This document shows, one piece after another, positions 10,149-18,999 of a stretch of 39,499 nt of DNA (positions are counted from its first letter, which is position 1; every line of letters starts with the position of its first letter). A program made the position numbers and the translations under genes. Source of the DNA: a virus (lineage: Duplodnaviria; Caudoviricetes); IMG/VR virus record IMGVR_UViG_3300030376_003158, positions 1-39,499 of that record, one strand, 5' to 3'. A model generated the notes under the pieces. That model was given only the letters and a program-made list of their open reading frames with translations, was not told the DNA's origin and ran no database searches.

Positions 10149-10917
10149 TGCTCTCCTTCTTATTTACTACTGACAACATCTTACGTATGTCAGGGTTTAT
10201 AATCTCTGTACCATGCTCAAGTTGTAAACTGTGTAGCCTGCATTTAGCTACAGCTGTAGGTGTTGGTGTTATTTGTAGAACTCGTACTTCTTGTTGCTTC
10301 TGGTCCTGCGCTGTACGAAGATACCCCACCACATCGTAAAAGCCTGTAACAACTTTACGAGAGCCTCCTTCAAGTAGAGGCTTATGAGGGATAAGCTCGT
10401 CATCAGTACCGCATACTAGCACAACGTTTACACGTTTAGGTGAACTAGTCCTAGTTAAATCCCGTAGCTCTCTAAATAGAAGACCCATGTTGTTCTTCAA
10501 ACGCCCCCATGCTTGGTGCTGGAACACAGCGTTAGGGTCATACACGCCTTCGGGATTAGCCACTACTCTCTTTAGCTGGTCCTGTAGCTCATGCACGCTG
10601 TCTATTATCACGCTTTCAAACGGGTGGTCGCCTGACCGTAGTATGTTCATCACATCTTCTATTACGCCCCACTCGTTAACGTCCACAATAACTGACGTCT
10701 CCTTGTCAAGATCTTGTGGCACAGGGCTAGTCGGGTCCCACATAATGTGCTTACCCTCTGTGTCGTGATAGCCACCCTCTGTGTCCAGCACTAATCTAGG
10801 TGCAGGTGCGCTAGCTGAAAGCCAAGACTTACCTGCTCCCCACCAGCCGTGTATGAAGATGCTTATTCTTCTATAATCTTTATTAGCCACCAAAGGCTCC
10901 TTCCTTCTGATACTCAT
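10132..10917 (-). CDS. Sak4-like / AAA_24 ATPase (single-strand annealing recombinase)
   Basis: Walker A GWWGAGKS, LDTEGG, Walker B VIIDS, DVVGYL; adjacent to nuclease and SSB. Confidence 0.8.
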   Translation of the reverse strand: MSIRRKEPLVANKDYRRISIFIHGWWGAGKSWLSASAPAPRLVLDTEGGYHDTEGKHIMWDPTSPVPQDLDKETSVIVDVNEWGVIEDVMNILRSGDHPFESVIIDSVHELQDQLKRVVANPEGVYDPNAVFQHQAWGRLKNNMGLLFRELRDLTRTSSPKRVNVVLVCGTDDELIPHKPLLEGGSRKVVTGFYDVVGYLRTAQDQKQQEVRVLQITPTPTAVAKCRLHSLQLEHGTEIINPDIRKMLSVVNKKESNANAK

Positions 10918-11710
10918 TTACCAAGACGCTCTCGTAATCTTCGCCTTCGTCTACCATACCGCATACGTCTACGAAATCACAACCCCATGAACAAGTATTA
11001 TCTGGAACAGGGTAGAGTTGTGGGCTACGTACAGATGTAGAAGCCTCGTGAGCTTTGAAATGCTCTTGACACATGGTTGTCAGGTACTTCCTCCACCAGT
11101 CTAATGCTTCACTAGTGACACGTATACGGTTACGCTGTGTGTATGGGGGCTTGGCTCTGCCTGTACGTTTGTTGCGTTTAACTATGTTGTGCTCCATGTA
11201 GTCAACGGGGTAGTCGTTATCGTGTAGCACTACTGCGTACACCATCAACTGAAAGTCGTTATCAGAAGTGTTAAAGAAAGAGGCAGATGTCTTGTGGTCC
11301 TGCCCTATTAAAGGTCTACCTACTATAGCAGTGTCGTGGTATAAGTGGTCTACTTGACAAGACACACGGTAGAACGTATCCTCCGACACCTGTATTGGTG
11401 CTGTGAACATACGCTCTTCTACAAACACAGTCTCTTGACCGGCGTCCATGCCTGTCTCTTCCATCTCTGACACGTAGGTGTCAAACATAACTTGTGATGT
11501 CTGCACATCATCAGGGTTAAACTTAATGTTTTCGTCAGGCTCTACATCACCATAGTAGTCAGCCATTAAACCGTGAAAGTGTGTGCCCACACCACGTACG
11601 TCTGACTCTTGCGTTGGCTTAGACCAGCCCTCTGTGTACTGCAAGTATGATGCACGGCGACACCGTGTCCACCTCTTCAGTTCTGACTGTCTAACTATTA
11701 TTTCCTGCAT
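10883..11710 (-). CDS. PD-(D/E)XK (Cas4/RecB-like) exonuclease; start revised to 11710
   Basis: SELKRWTRCRR, GTHFH, QVD...QDHKT, QLMVY, C-terminal CSWGCDFVDVC; AAGGAG upstream of ATG 11710. Confidence 0.8.
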   Translation of the reverse strand: MQEIIVRQSELKRWTRCRRASYLQYTEGWSKPTQESDVRGVGTHFHGLMADYYGDVEPDENIKFNPDDVQTSQVMFDTYVSEMEETGMDAGQETVFVEERMFTAPIQVSEDTFYRVSCQVDHLYHDTAIVGRPLIGQDHKTSASFFNTSDNDFQLMVYAVVLHDNDYPVDYMEHNIVKRNKRTGRAKPPYTQRNRIRVTSEALDWWRKYLTTMCQEHFKAHEASTSVRSPQLYPVPDNTCSWGCDFVDVCGMVDEGEDYESVLVNEYQKEGAFGG

Positions 11711-11837
11711 GTACAGTTCTCCTTTTCTTGTAGTAATTGTTCCATGCTTCTCTGCATTCTTCACATGTGTCCATGCCACGTCTACGCTCTTGCTTGTATC
11801 CTTGCCATGTTCCATGCGCTATAGGTTTTATATTCAT
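11691..11837 (-). CDS. 48-aa HGT...CxxC zinc-finger microprotein; not in ORF track
   Basis: MNIKPIAHGTWQGYKQERRRGMDTCEECREAWNNYYKKRR; ATGA overlap with the SNF2 stop. Confidence 0.7.
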   Translation of the reverse strand: MNIKPIAHGTWQGYKQERRRGMDTCEECREAWNNYYKKRRTVHAGNNS

Positions 11838-13528
11838 ACGTCTCCTATCATTGCGCTCTTGTACCAGTCCCTGTCTCGCACCAGTCTTTGTAGTTGTTCT
11901 TCTTTATAATCACAAGCTCGGTGCACAGTTTCATCTACAGTGTCTGCAGATATTAGCGTTATAATCTGGACGTTACGTTCTTGACCTATCCTATGTATAC
12001 GGTCATGCGCCTGTTTGTTGGCTGTGTTACTCCAACTTTCTTGCGCCACGACTAATCTATTAGAAGCTGTCAATGTAATTCCTTCCGCACCTGCTCCTGT
12101 GGTAGCTAAGAGTATATCAAGTTTGCCAGACTGAAATGCGTCTATGTTACTTTTTCTTTGTTCAGGCTTAACTTTTCCTGTAAGCAACCCAGTGCTGTAT
12201 GATTCTGACAGCTCTCTGTCAAAGAACTCAATAAGTCTACGGCTCTCTGCGTACACTACGAGAGGTACACCGCCTTCCTCTAGTATCTCCTGTATCGCTA
12301 TCAACTTGTTGCTAGGTGTACGCATAGAGATCTCGTCATCATGTGTGCCAAACTCTACAAACGCCGATGCAAAGTACCTTAACCTGCCCAGTGCAGACAA
12401 AGGGTCAGACGCCATAAGCAAACCATTCTCCACCTCAGCCATCATGTAGTCCACCATCTGCTTGTAGGACTTAGCCTGCTTAGATGTCATAGGTATACGG
12501 CGCTCGTCAAACGTCTTCTCAGGTAGATGTGGTAGTACTTCAGCCTTCGTACGTCTAATCATTCTAGGCTTTAAGAAGACATCTAGCTCAGGTATGCGTT
12601 GTTTAATCAAGCCTAAGTTCTCTAAACCACCATGCCAACCAGCCGAGACGTGACAGTAACGCTGTCTAAATCGTGATCTTGACAGCCATTCGTCAGGACA
12701 AACGAAGTGCATGATAGACCACAAGTCGTCAGGGTTGTTCATAATCGGCGTACCTGTCAAGCCAAACCTGTACGTAGCGCCTTTGCTAACACCCCACAAT
12801 GCACGAGTCTGCTTAGACTTAGGCTCTTTAGCCTTGTGTACTTCGTCCGCTATGATAGCTACAAAGTCTATCTCGTTTAACTCTTTAGGCTCTGCTTCTT
12901 TAGGGCTAGTGACTGTGTTGCCGAAAGAACCCAGCTTAGAATGCAACCGGAGAGACTCGTAGTTAATGATAAGAACAAACTTATCTAATTCTTGACAGCT
13001 AGCTATCAACTTTTTACGTTGAGGTGCAGTGCCCTCAATGACTACCGGAGTGGCAGTGGTCCATGTCTCTACCTCTTCAGCCCACTTGTGCTTCATAGAG
13101 TTAGTGCACACAATCAAAGCGGGAAAGGCTTTAGCTAGTTCCAACGTAACTAACGATTGCACTGTCTTACCTGTGCCCATCTCGTCAGCTAATAGAACCT
13201 GTTTGCCTTTACCTAAGAACCTAACGCCTGCATTCTGGAAAGGGTACAGTCGTGGCTCTTTCGCAATGGCAGACTGGTCTTGCCGTGCTACTTCCTGTAG
13301 GTGTGCCAGATACTCTAGCCTTTTCTCTGCTCTCAATGCACTCTCAGCCACGCTTAAGTGTAAGCCGTACATCTTACGTATGGCTGTGAACGTAGCTAAG
13401 TTGAGTGGGCATTCCCACACGTCACGGTCCTTACGGTATCGTGACCCTGCAATCAGCTTAATGTTTTTAGTGTCACGAGGTGACGCATCTATGTACAGTT
13501 TATCGTCTGCCGACAGTAGCCGTATCAC
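11834..13528 (-). CDS. SNF2-family SF2 helicase
   Basis: LADEMGTGKT, DEVH, LTGTP, GAEGITLT, QAHDRIHRIGQ. Confidence 0.92.
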   Translation of the reverse strand: MIRLLSADDKLYIDASPRDTKNIKLIAGSRYRKDRDVWECPLNLATFTAIRKMYGLHLSVAESALRAEKRLEYLAHLQEVARQDQSAIAKEPRLYPFQNAGVRFLGKGKQVLLADEMGTGKTVQSLVTLELAKAFPALIVCTNSMKHKWAEEVETWTTATPVVIEGTAPQRKKLIASCQELDKFVLIINYESLRLHSKLGSFGNTVTSPKEAEPKELNEIDFVAIIADEVHKAKEPKSKQTRALWGVSKGATYRFGLTGTPIMNNPDDLWSIMHFVCPDEWLSRSRFRQRYCHVSAGWHGGLENLGLIKQRIPELDVFLKPRMIRRTKAEVLPHLPEKTFDERRIPMTSKQAKSYKQMVDYMMAEVENGLLMASDPLSALGRLRYFASAFVEFGTHDDEISMRTPSNKLIAIQEILEEGGVPLVVYAESRRLIEFFDRELSESYSTGLLTGKVKPEQRKSNIDAFQSGKLDILLATTGAGAEGITLTASNRLVVAQESWSNTANKQAHDRIHRIGQERNVQIITLISADTVDETVHRACDYKEEQLQRLVRDRDWYKSAMIGDV

Positions 13529-14022
13529 TTTAACAGCACCTTAGCTAGTCGTGGCAATATGTTAGTCGTAAAGATCTCAGGGTATGAGTCACGTACCTGC
13601 AGTACCATGTGTCGGCTAGCATCGTTAGCGTGTCCGTCCTTACTTGGTGTAAACCAGTCAAGGATCTTTAGCTTCTCGTCTGTAGAAAATGACTTAGCAC
13701 TGGCGGCAGTCCGTAAATGAAACTCCACGTTATGCTTCTCACAGAACAGATCAAGCCAACCAATTAAACGCAAGGCGTTGTGATCCTGTGCTGTCTTAAT
13801 AGTACGTTGTGAAATAATAAAGTTCTCACACGCTATCGTTACCTTGTTGTCATTGTTCAGTACTAGATCTTCTACCACGTCACGTACCTTGTACCTTGTT
13901 GGTATCTCAGTCGTTATCACACGGTCAGGATAATTAGTTACCCAGAGAGACGCTCCCGTAACCTTACCCACATCTAGTGCTAGTATTATTTCTGCCTCTT
14001 TGGGCAGTGCATTATCAAACAT
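13525..14022 (-). CDS. RuvC-like / RNase H-fold Holliday junction resolvase; start revised to 14022
   Basis: ILALDVGKVTG, IACENF, HANDASRH acidic catalytic pattern. Confidence 0.7.
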   Translation of the reverse strand: MFDNALPKEAEIILALDVGKVTGASLWVTNYPDRVITTEIPTRYKVRDVVEDLVLNNDNKVTIACENFIISQRTIKTAQDHNALRLIGWLDLFCEKHNVEFHLRTAASAKSFSTDEKLKILDWFTPSKDGHANDASRHMVLQVRDSYPEIFTTNILPRLAKVLLK

Positions 14023-15775
14023 ATTTGTCACCCCAATTGTTGAACGGACCCTCTGCCTCAGCAACGATAGGTACCTTGAACCAATCATCGTTCGTCATTA
14101 TGTCCACTATTTCTTTTACTGTTTCTTCTGAATCTTGACACGGAATGTCAAATAATAATTCATCATGCACGGGTAGCAGAATATGATCTGCTAGTCCCGC
14201 CTTATCTAAACGACACACTGCCTCCTTGAGCACGTCAGCTCCGGAACCCTGTATCAAATAGTTCGTTAGCGCATACATCTGGTCTTGAAAGCTCTCAACC
14301 TTACGACCACCTCTAGTTACCACGTATGCGTGACCCTCCCCTGCCATTCTACCTGCTCCGACCCTTTGTAAGTCGTTGATAAACTCGTAGATTTGAGGGA
14401 ACTTCTGCTTGTAGGTGTTCAGAAACAACTTAACCTCGTGCTCTGTTAGCCCTGTGCCCTGTGCTAGCTTAGCGGGTCCGGCACCGTAGACCATAGCAAA
14501 GTTAAATGTCTTAGCTTGGTCCCGCTTTATGCCTAGCATCTTAGACACCATCGTATGCGGGTCCGCCTGTCCGTTTGTGAACTCATCTAGCCACGCCTCG
14601 TCCTTAGAATAAGACGCCAGTATCCTGTACTCCTGTCCGCTGTAATCCACAGCGTACAGCTTAGAGCCGTCATCAGGTATGACAGCGCTACGTATGTGTG
14701 GCGTATGCGGTAGTGTTTGTAACGGTGGGTTTGTTATAGAGCTACGGCCAGTACGTGCTCCCATCGTTTTTATAGATGGGTGCACTCTACCGTCACCGTC
14801 CACACTTGACAAGAACGTGTCAAGATAGGTAGACTTCCACTTGCTAAGTCTGCGAAACTCTATCAACTGCCTAGCATGGGTGGCTATGTGAGATGGCATA
14901 TTAGCTATCGCATCAAGCACGCTCTTGTCTAGCTGTGCTTTTCCTGTCTCTGTGAATAACTGCGGGTGCCAACCCGACTCCTTAAACGCCTTCTCAACCT
15001 CAGCGTTACTGTGTGGGTTGCTTATCCCTGCATCTTTAAGACATAAGTATAGGTTACGTAGCTTAGTTTCCCACTCCGTAGATAGTGAACGGCAGTAGTC
15101 TAAGTCAATACGTAACCCTCTCTGCTCCACCCTGTACATGATCTCTAAATACGCCATCTCTCTGTCGTATGCGTCCTTGTCCACCCAATCATGTGACACG
15201 TACTTGTCATAAACCATACGAGTAAGGATCGTATCGCACACTCCGTAACCCCAATAGTATGGATTATCTACGGGTACATTAGTCCAGTCCCATTTGTTCT
15301 TAGCCATGACACCCTTCAATGCGTCCTGCCCTGTGCCAGCCCATCGTCCGAAGTCATGCTTAGCTATGCTCTTCAAGGCATGACTACGTAGTGGCTGTGA
15401 TAGGTGGTGTAAGATCATAGTGTCCTGTATGCGTGACCACAGTGGCACGGTAAAGCCGTCCGACTCTAAGGCGTGCATATCAAACGTGGCGTTGTGCATT
15501 ACTACGGGCACAAGGCTGTCACGTATTCTTGACAGTGCGTGGTCAATTAACTTACGGCACCAGTCAACCGGCAACGCCCAACCAGATCGGTCACTGCCAA
15601 ACTGTACGAGTCTCGTAAAGTTAGGCTCCCACCAATCCAAGCCACACGTCTCAGTATCTATAGCTATCGGTTCACGGGTAGCTAGCTGTCGGGTCAGCCA
15701 GTTGTTGAACTCTACAGTGTCCGCAACAAAGTCGTCAGACTGTCCAACTAAATTCAATTCTAAATCAGGTAACAA
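14015..15775 (-). CDS. polA: Family A DNA polymerase with 3'-5' exonuclease, no 5' nuclease
   Basis: DTET, HNATFD, TGRSS, motif A DYSGQE, motif B RDQAKTFNFAMVYG, motif C VHDE. Confidence 0.95.
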   Translation of the reverse strand: MLPDLELNLVGQSDDFVADTVEFNNWLTRQLATREPIAIDTETCGLDWWEPNFTRLVQFGSDRSGWALPVDWCRKLIDHALSRIRDSLVPVVMHNATFDMHALESDGFTVPLWSRIQDTMILHHLSQPLRSHALKSIAKHDFGRWAGTGQDALKGVMAKNKWDWTNVPVDNPYYWGYGVCDTILTRMVYDKYVSHDWVDKDAYDREMAYLEIMYRVEQRGLRIDLDYCRSLSTEWETKLRNLYLCLKDAGISNPHSNAEVEKAFKESGWHPQLFTETGKAQLDKSVLDAIANMPSHIATHARQLIEFRRLSKWKSTYLDTFLSSVDGDGRVHPSIKTMGARTGRSSITNPPLQTLPHTPHIRSAVIPDDGSKLYAVDYSGQEYRILASYSKDEAWLDEFTNGQADPHTMVSKMLGIKRDQAKTFNFAMVYGAGPAKLAQGTGLTEHEVKLFLNTYKQKFPQIYEFINDLQRVGAGRMAGEGHAYVVTRGGRKVESFQDQMYALTNYLIQGSGADVLKEAVCRLDKAGLADHILLPVHDELLFDIPCQDSEETVKEIVDIMTNDDWFKVPIVAEAEGPFNNWGDKYV

Positions 15776-15792
15776 GGGGAACGGTTCTTTCT

Positions 15793-16029
15793 TTAGTAAG
15801 TCATAACGCTTCGGTCTTCACGAGCTACGGGTGTAACTCTACGTATGATAGCAATTATACCACATAGAAATGCGACAGCCTGTCCACCATACTGCACCAC
15901 AATCGGGTACTGCATGATGACATCTTGTGTCAAGATATATTGCAGTACTGCTACGACTGTAGCTATCCACGTGACTGATGCTTTCGCAACTACACGGGAC
16001 TTATCAATCATCTTCATTGCTTGTTCCAT
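15793..16029 (-). CDS. Two-TM membrane protein, putative holin; start revised to 16029
   Basis: Two hydrophobic helices ending IIRRVTPV; GAGGAG upstream of ATG 16029. Confidence 0.55.
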   Translation of the reverse strand: MEQAMKMIDKSRVVAKASVTWIATVVAVLQYILTQDVIMQYPIVVQYGGQAVAFLCGIIAIIRRVTPVAREDRSVMTY

Positions 16030-16486
16030 TTGACTCCTCAATGTCAATTATTATTTCGTCATCACTTGCAAGTGCACGGGACTCAAGCTCTCTCTGTAGC
16101 TCCATAACCTTATCTAATTGGTTCCCGCCCACCGTTAGCTCGTGAGTGTGTTGGTGTTTTATTGTAACATCATTCTTCTGTTCCATGTGCTTGTACTGTA
16201 AGAATGTCCGCAACATGTTGTGCCTGTCCTTGATAGCAATAGAGTCATCACTAATCCACTCGTTTAACAAACGGAACTTAGGGTCTAATGCCTCTTGCTC
16301 AGCGGATACTACATCATCAAGGAACTCAGGATCACGCCGTAACTGACGCCATAACGTAGCACGATGGACGCCAGCCAGCTCAGCCGACTCTCCACGTGTG
16401 TGCCCCTGCCGTAACAAAGACAGCACTAGCTCACGCTTATGAGAGCCGTCTCCCAGAGACACGACACCTCTACCGTTGCCACTCAA
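16004..16486 (-). CDS. HTH protein resembling terminase small subunit; start revised to TTG 16486
   Basis: LLRQGHTRGESAELAGVHRATLWRQLRRDPEF..AEQEALD, then beta tail; AAGGAG before TTG. Confidence 0.6.
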   Translation of the reverse strand: MSGNGRGVVSLGDGSHKRELVLSLLRQGHTRGESAELAGVHRATLWRQLRRDPEFLDDVVSAEQEALDPKFRLLNEWISDDSIAIKDRHNMLRTFLQYKHMEQKNDVTIKHQHTHELTVGGNQLDKVMELQRELESRALASDDEIIIDIEESNGTSNEDD

Positions 16487-16739
16487 CAGCCTGCTCCTTT
16501 GTAGGTAGAGTTGACACATCACTGTCAATCCACAATCTGCGGTTAGCTCTGATCTGATACTTGTACATGTCTCCGAAGTACACAAGATCTAATGCACACT
16601 CGTCAATAACAGAACAACGTTGACACACTCCCAATGCTTTCTCGCATTTCTTAGGAGACATACGTTTATGCTCTGACGGTAAGAACATATCAGTTGATAG
16701 GCTCCTACATTCTGCTTTCTCTAGCCAGTCAGTCTTCAT
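16470..16739 (-). CDS. whiB: WhiB-like (Wbl) Fe-S transcription regulator, divergent; start revised to 16739
   Basis: W-x3-A-x-C...MF...A-x2-VC-x2-C-x-V-x3-C four-Cys pattern; GVWGG turn absent. Confidence 0.75.
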   Translation of the reverse strand: MKTDWLEKAECRSLSTDMFLPSEHKRMSPKKCEKALGVCQRCSVIDECALDLVYFGDMYKYQIRANRRLWIDSDVSTLPTKEQAVEWQR

Positions 16740-17118
16740 TGTTAATGACTCCAGTGTGAAAGATAAGAGAGCATAACCGGACAACGTGGTTCTCAATGTA
16801 GTCCATGTGTTCTTGTGACAATGGCTTGTCATCTTCTGTCTCCCAGTCCGGATAACTTTCCAGACTAAAGAACAATGACAAGATGCCAGCCATAAAGTAC
16901 CAAGCATTCTCGGCACTAGCTTTAGGGAATAAGTCCTTCCACTGCGCCTGTACTTGATCTAAGTAGGCAAGCATAGCGGGGTCTTCCGTATCAAACATAA
17001 CAAGGAACTCATTAAACGGACTGTCCTCTGACCATGCAAAGAACGGTGACGGTAAATTCGTTCCATCAAATATAAGTGGTAACTTCATACCATCTATATT
17101 ACCATACGCTTCAGTCAT
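16729..17118 (-). CDS. Hypothetical acidic protein
   Basis: Overlapping member of the leftward operon. Confidence 0.65.
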   Translation of the reverse strand: MTEAYGNIDGMKLPLIFDGTNLPSPFFAWSEDSPFNEFLVMFDTEDPAMLAYLDQVQAQWKDLFPKASAENAWYFMAGILSLFFSLESYPDWETEDDKPLSQEHMDYIENHVVRLCSLIFHTGVINNED

Positions 17119-17389
17119 CTATTTCCTGCTTCCAATTTGGGTACTTTTCTTCTAACTCTCTCATACGATCTTTGCAACAAGTCCATTCACTCCATAGGTA
17201 CAGTGCCCAATCGTCTAAGTTCTCTAGCAATTCTTGATTAGGCTCTGTCTCCTCACTCTCTAAGTTTTCCATTAGGCTTAGAAACTTCTCTATGCCTTGC
17301 AACATCTGCACATCGTGTGCAAAGGATTCGTATGTCCGCCTGTCACATGCTTCCTGTTCAGTCATCGTTGTTTGACACCTCGCTGTCAT
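17111..17389 (-). CDS. Hypothetical acidic helical protein
   Basis: Overlapping operon member; start uncertain. Confidence 0.6.
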   Translation of the reverse strand: MTARCQTTMTEQEACDRRTYESFAHDVQMLQGIEKFLSLMENLESEETEPNQELLENLDDWALYLWSEWTCCKDRMRELEEKYPNWKQEIDD

Positions 17390-17588
17390 CTTCTCGGTAA
17401 TCAGTTATGTTCCAGTTGTTTTGATTGAGTAAGTCTTTTACTTCTTGTAAGGTTTCAAAGTAATACGTGTGCTCACTGTCACCAGCTGTAATCTCAAGCA
17501 CTGCGTAGTCTTTTCGGATACGTACCTCAACGCCTCTTGCGTCCTCGTCCGCAAATCTTACGTGTGTGGATATTCTTGTAGTAGTCAT
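17358..17588 (-). CDS. Hypothetical protein
   Basis: AGGAGG SD and ATGA coupling. Confidence 0.65.
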   Translation of the reverse strand: MTTTRISTHVRFADEDARGVEVRIRKDYAVLEITAGDSEHTYYFETLQEVKDLLNQNNWNITDYREDDSEVSNNDD

Positions 17589-17719
17589 TCTTCCTCCTGC
17601 TCTTCTTCGTTAGTTGACTCTTCCGTGTCAACTCCTAGTAACTTCAGCTGTGCCTCAGTCATCTGTTTGAATAAGTTAAATAGTGTTTCACCCTCTGGTG
17701 TCATTCTTCCTCCTGCTCT
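17584..17719. repeat. 20-bp direct repeat flanking the microprotein gene
   Basis: GTCATTCTTCCTCCTGCTCT at 17584-17603 and 17700-17719. Confidence 0.9.
17585..17704 (-). CDS. 39-aa acidic microprotein; not in ORF track
   Basis: MTPEGETLFNLFKQMTEAQLKLLGVDTEESTNEEEQEEE; AGGAGG SD, ATGA overlaps at both ends. Confidence 0.6.
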   Translation of the reverse strand: MTPEGETLFNLFKQMTEAQLKLLGVDTEESTNEEEQEEE

Positions 17720-17889
17720 AATGGGTCGGCGTCTATTGCATGTGCCAGCCCTTCGCTGTGTTGTAATAGAAAGCCCTTGTCGTCTACGTACTGTATCAGC
17801 TCGCTAATAGCTAAGCCAACCTGTCTATCGTCAATAGCTTCCTCTGTCATTATAATTTGCAATACAGTTACTTTACTGCTCAAGGTCAT
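17701..17889 (-). CDS. Hypothetical acidic protein
   Basis: GAGGAG SD; overlapping operon member. Confidence 0.6.
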   Translation of the reverse strand: MTLSSKVTVLQIIMTEEAIDDRQVGLAISELIQYVDDKGFLLQHSEGLAHAIDADPLEQEEE

Positions 17890-18091
17890 ACTCCTCTACT
17901 ATGATGTTCTTAGCCATTAAACTGACGCCGAACCTGTGGTTATCCCCTATTGCATTGATAGCATCTCGGACAATGACTTCTAGCGGTGGGCAATAGTCTT
18001 CATCGTAGTGCTTGTACTCATCGTCAAGGTAATCCTCATCAAGTGACAGTGTGATGTCAAGTTTTACATTATTTATTTTTCCGGTTGTCAT
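17873..18091 (-). CDS. Hypothetical acidic protein; start revised to 18091
   Basis: TAATG stop/start coupling with the upstream gene. Confidence 0.6.
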   Translation of the reverse strand: MTTGKINNVKLDITLSLDEDYLDDEYKHYDEDYCPPLEVIVRDAINAIGDNHRFGVSLMAKNIIVEEYDLEQ

Positions 18092-18315
18092 TATGGACAC
18101 CATCCTTCTAGTATTTGATCGCACTCTGGTTCGCCCAAGTGAGTCTGAACCTTTATAGCGTCATCGGCTAACTTATCGTACGCAGACTGGACCATGCCAT
18201 TCCAAGTGTCATCTTGGTAGTCAAACTCAAGAATATCGTCATCGTCTACTTCCCAATCAATGAGGACACTAGTGCACCAGCCATCCCCGTAAAGCCTTAC
18301 TGTAAATTGTTGCAT
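18091..18315 (-). CDS. Hypothetical highly acidic protein
   Basis: GAGG SD, D/E-rich, tightly packed. Confidence 0.6.
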   Translation of the reverse strand: MQQFTVRLYGDGWCTSVLIDWEVDDDDILEFDYQDDTWNGMVQSAYDKLADDAIKVQTHLGEPECDQILEGWCP

Positions 18316-18317
18316 TA

Positions 18318-18626
18318 TTATTTTACCTCTCCTGTTATATGTTTAACATGCTCTGGTCGGATACAGCGTAGCTCGCCTTTCATCGTGGGTGTGTCAAACT
18401 TAGATGACTGCCAGTACGTGTGTATCTCATAAGCTCCTGTGTCTACGTGCTGTACGATGTACTGCACCTTGTGTATTCCACGCTCTCCTTTAACCTTGAT
18501 GATGCGTCCGGCTTCAAGTGGGTAACGTTTGCCATCTAATGACAGCGACCCCACCCTATGCCAGAGCTTCTGATAATTTGACAGCGGTCTGTCAATCTTT
18601 CTCTTTGATCTACGGGTTAGCTTCAA
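18318..18626 (-). CDS. Basic beta-rich hypothetical protein (possible SH3/KOW-like barrel)
   Basis: GRIIKVKGERGIHKVQYIV...LRCIRPEHVK; AGGAGAG SD. Confidence 0.6.
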   Translation of the reverse strand: MKLTRRSKRKIDRPLSNYQKLWHRVGSLSLDGKRYPLEAGRIIKVKGERGIHKVQYIVQHVDTGAYEIHTYWQSSKFDTPTMKGELRCIRPEHVKHITGEVK

Positions 18627-18780
18627 TGTTCTCTCCTATCACTAAGCGGAACGGGTAGTTGGTTGTCAACAGATTAAACACTGCGAGATTACGAAAGCAG
18701 AACTGTTGACACTCTGCCAGTGAACCAGTAAAGATAGCATGCTCTCCATCTATCCATGTTGGGTGTACTTCGTAACTCAT
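18610..18780 (-). CDS. 56-aa hypothetical protein; start revised to 18780, possibly leaderless
   Basis: TGC-TATACT extended -10 lies 7 nt before ATG 18780; the upstream part of the tracked ORF is hairpin/repeat DNA. Confidence 0.5.
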   Translation of the reverse strand: MSYEVHPTWIDGEHAIFTGSLAECQQFCFRNLAVFNLLTTNYPFRLVIGENIEANP

Positions 18781-18903
18781 ACTGTATAGTATAGCATATA
18801 CTTTTTCACGTGCCGTCTGTGTCACCCCTGTGACGGGGTTTGTGACGGGCATGTATCCCTCTATATCCCAATAAACTAAAGGAATAATAAAAGATTCTTT
18901 ACT

Positions 18904-18999
18904 ACTGAGACAACTGTGACAGATACCCCTACCCCTTATAGCAAAGGAGGGGGAGATAAATTTTAAGTAGGTAGGGGCACCTGTCACAGTCGTCTCAGT
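18904..18999 (-). repeat. 30-bp inverted repeat with 36-nt loop
   Basis: Arms 18904-18933 and 18970-18999 match 27/30; all three mismatches become G-U pairs on the minus strand. Confidence 0.9.
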
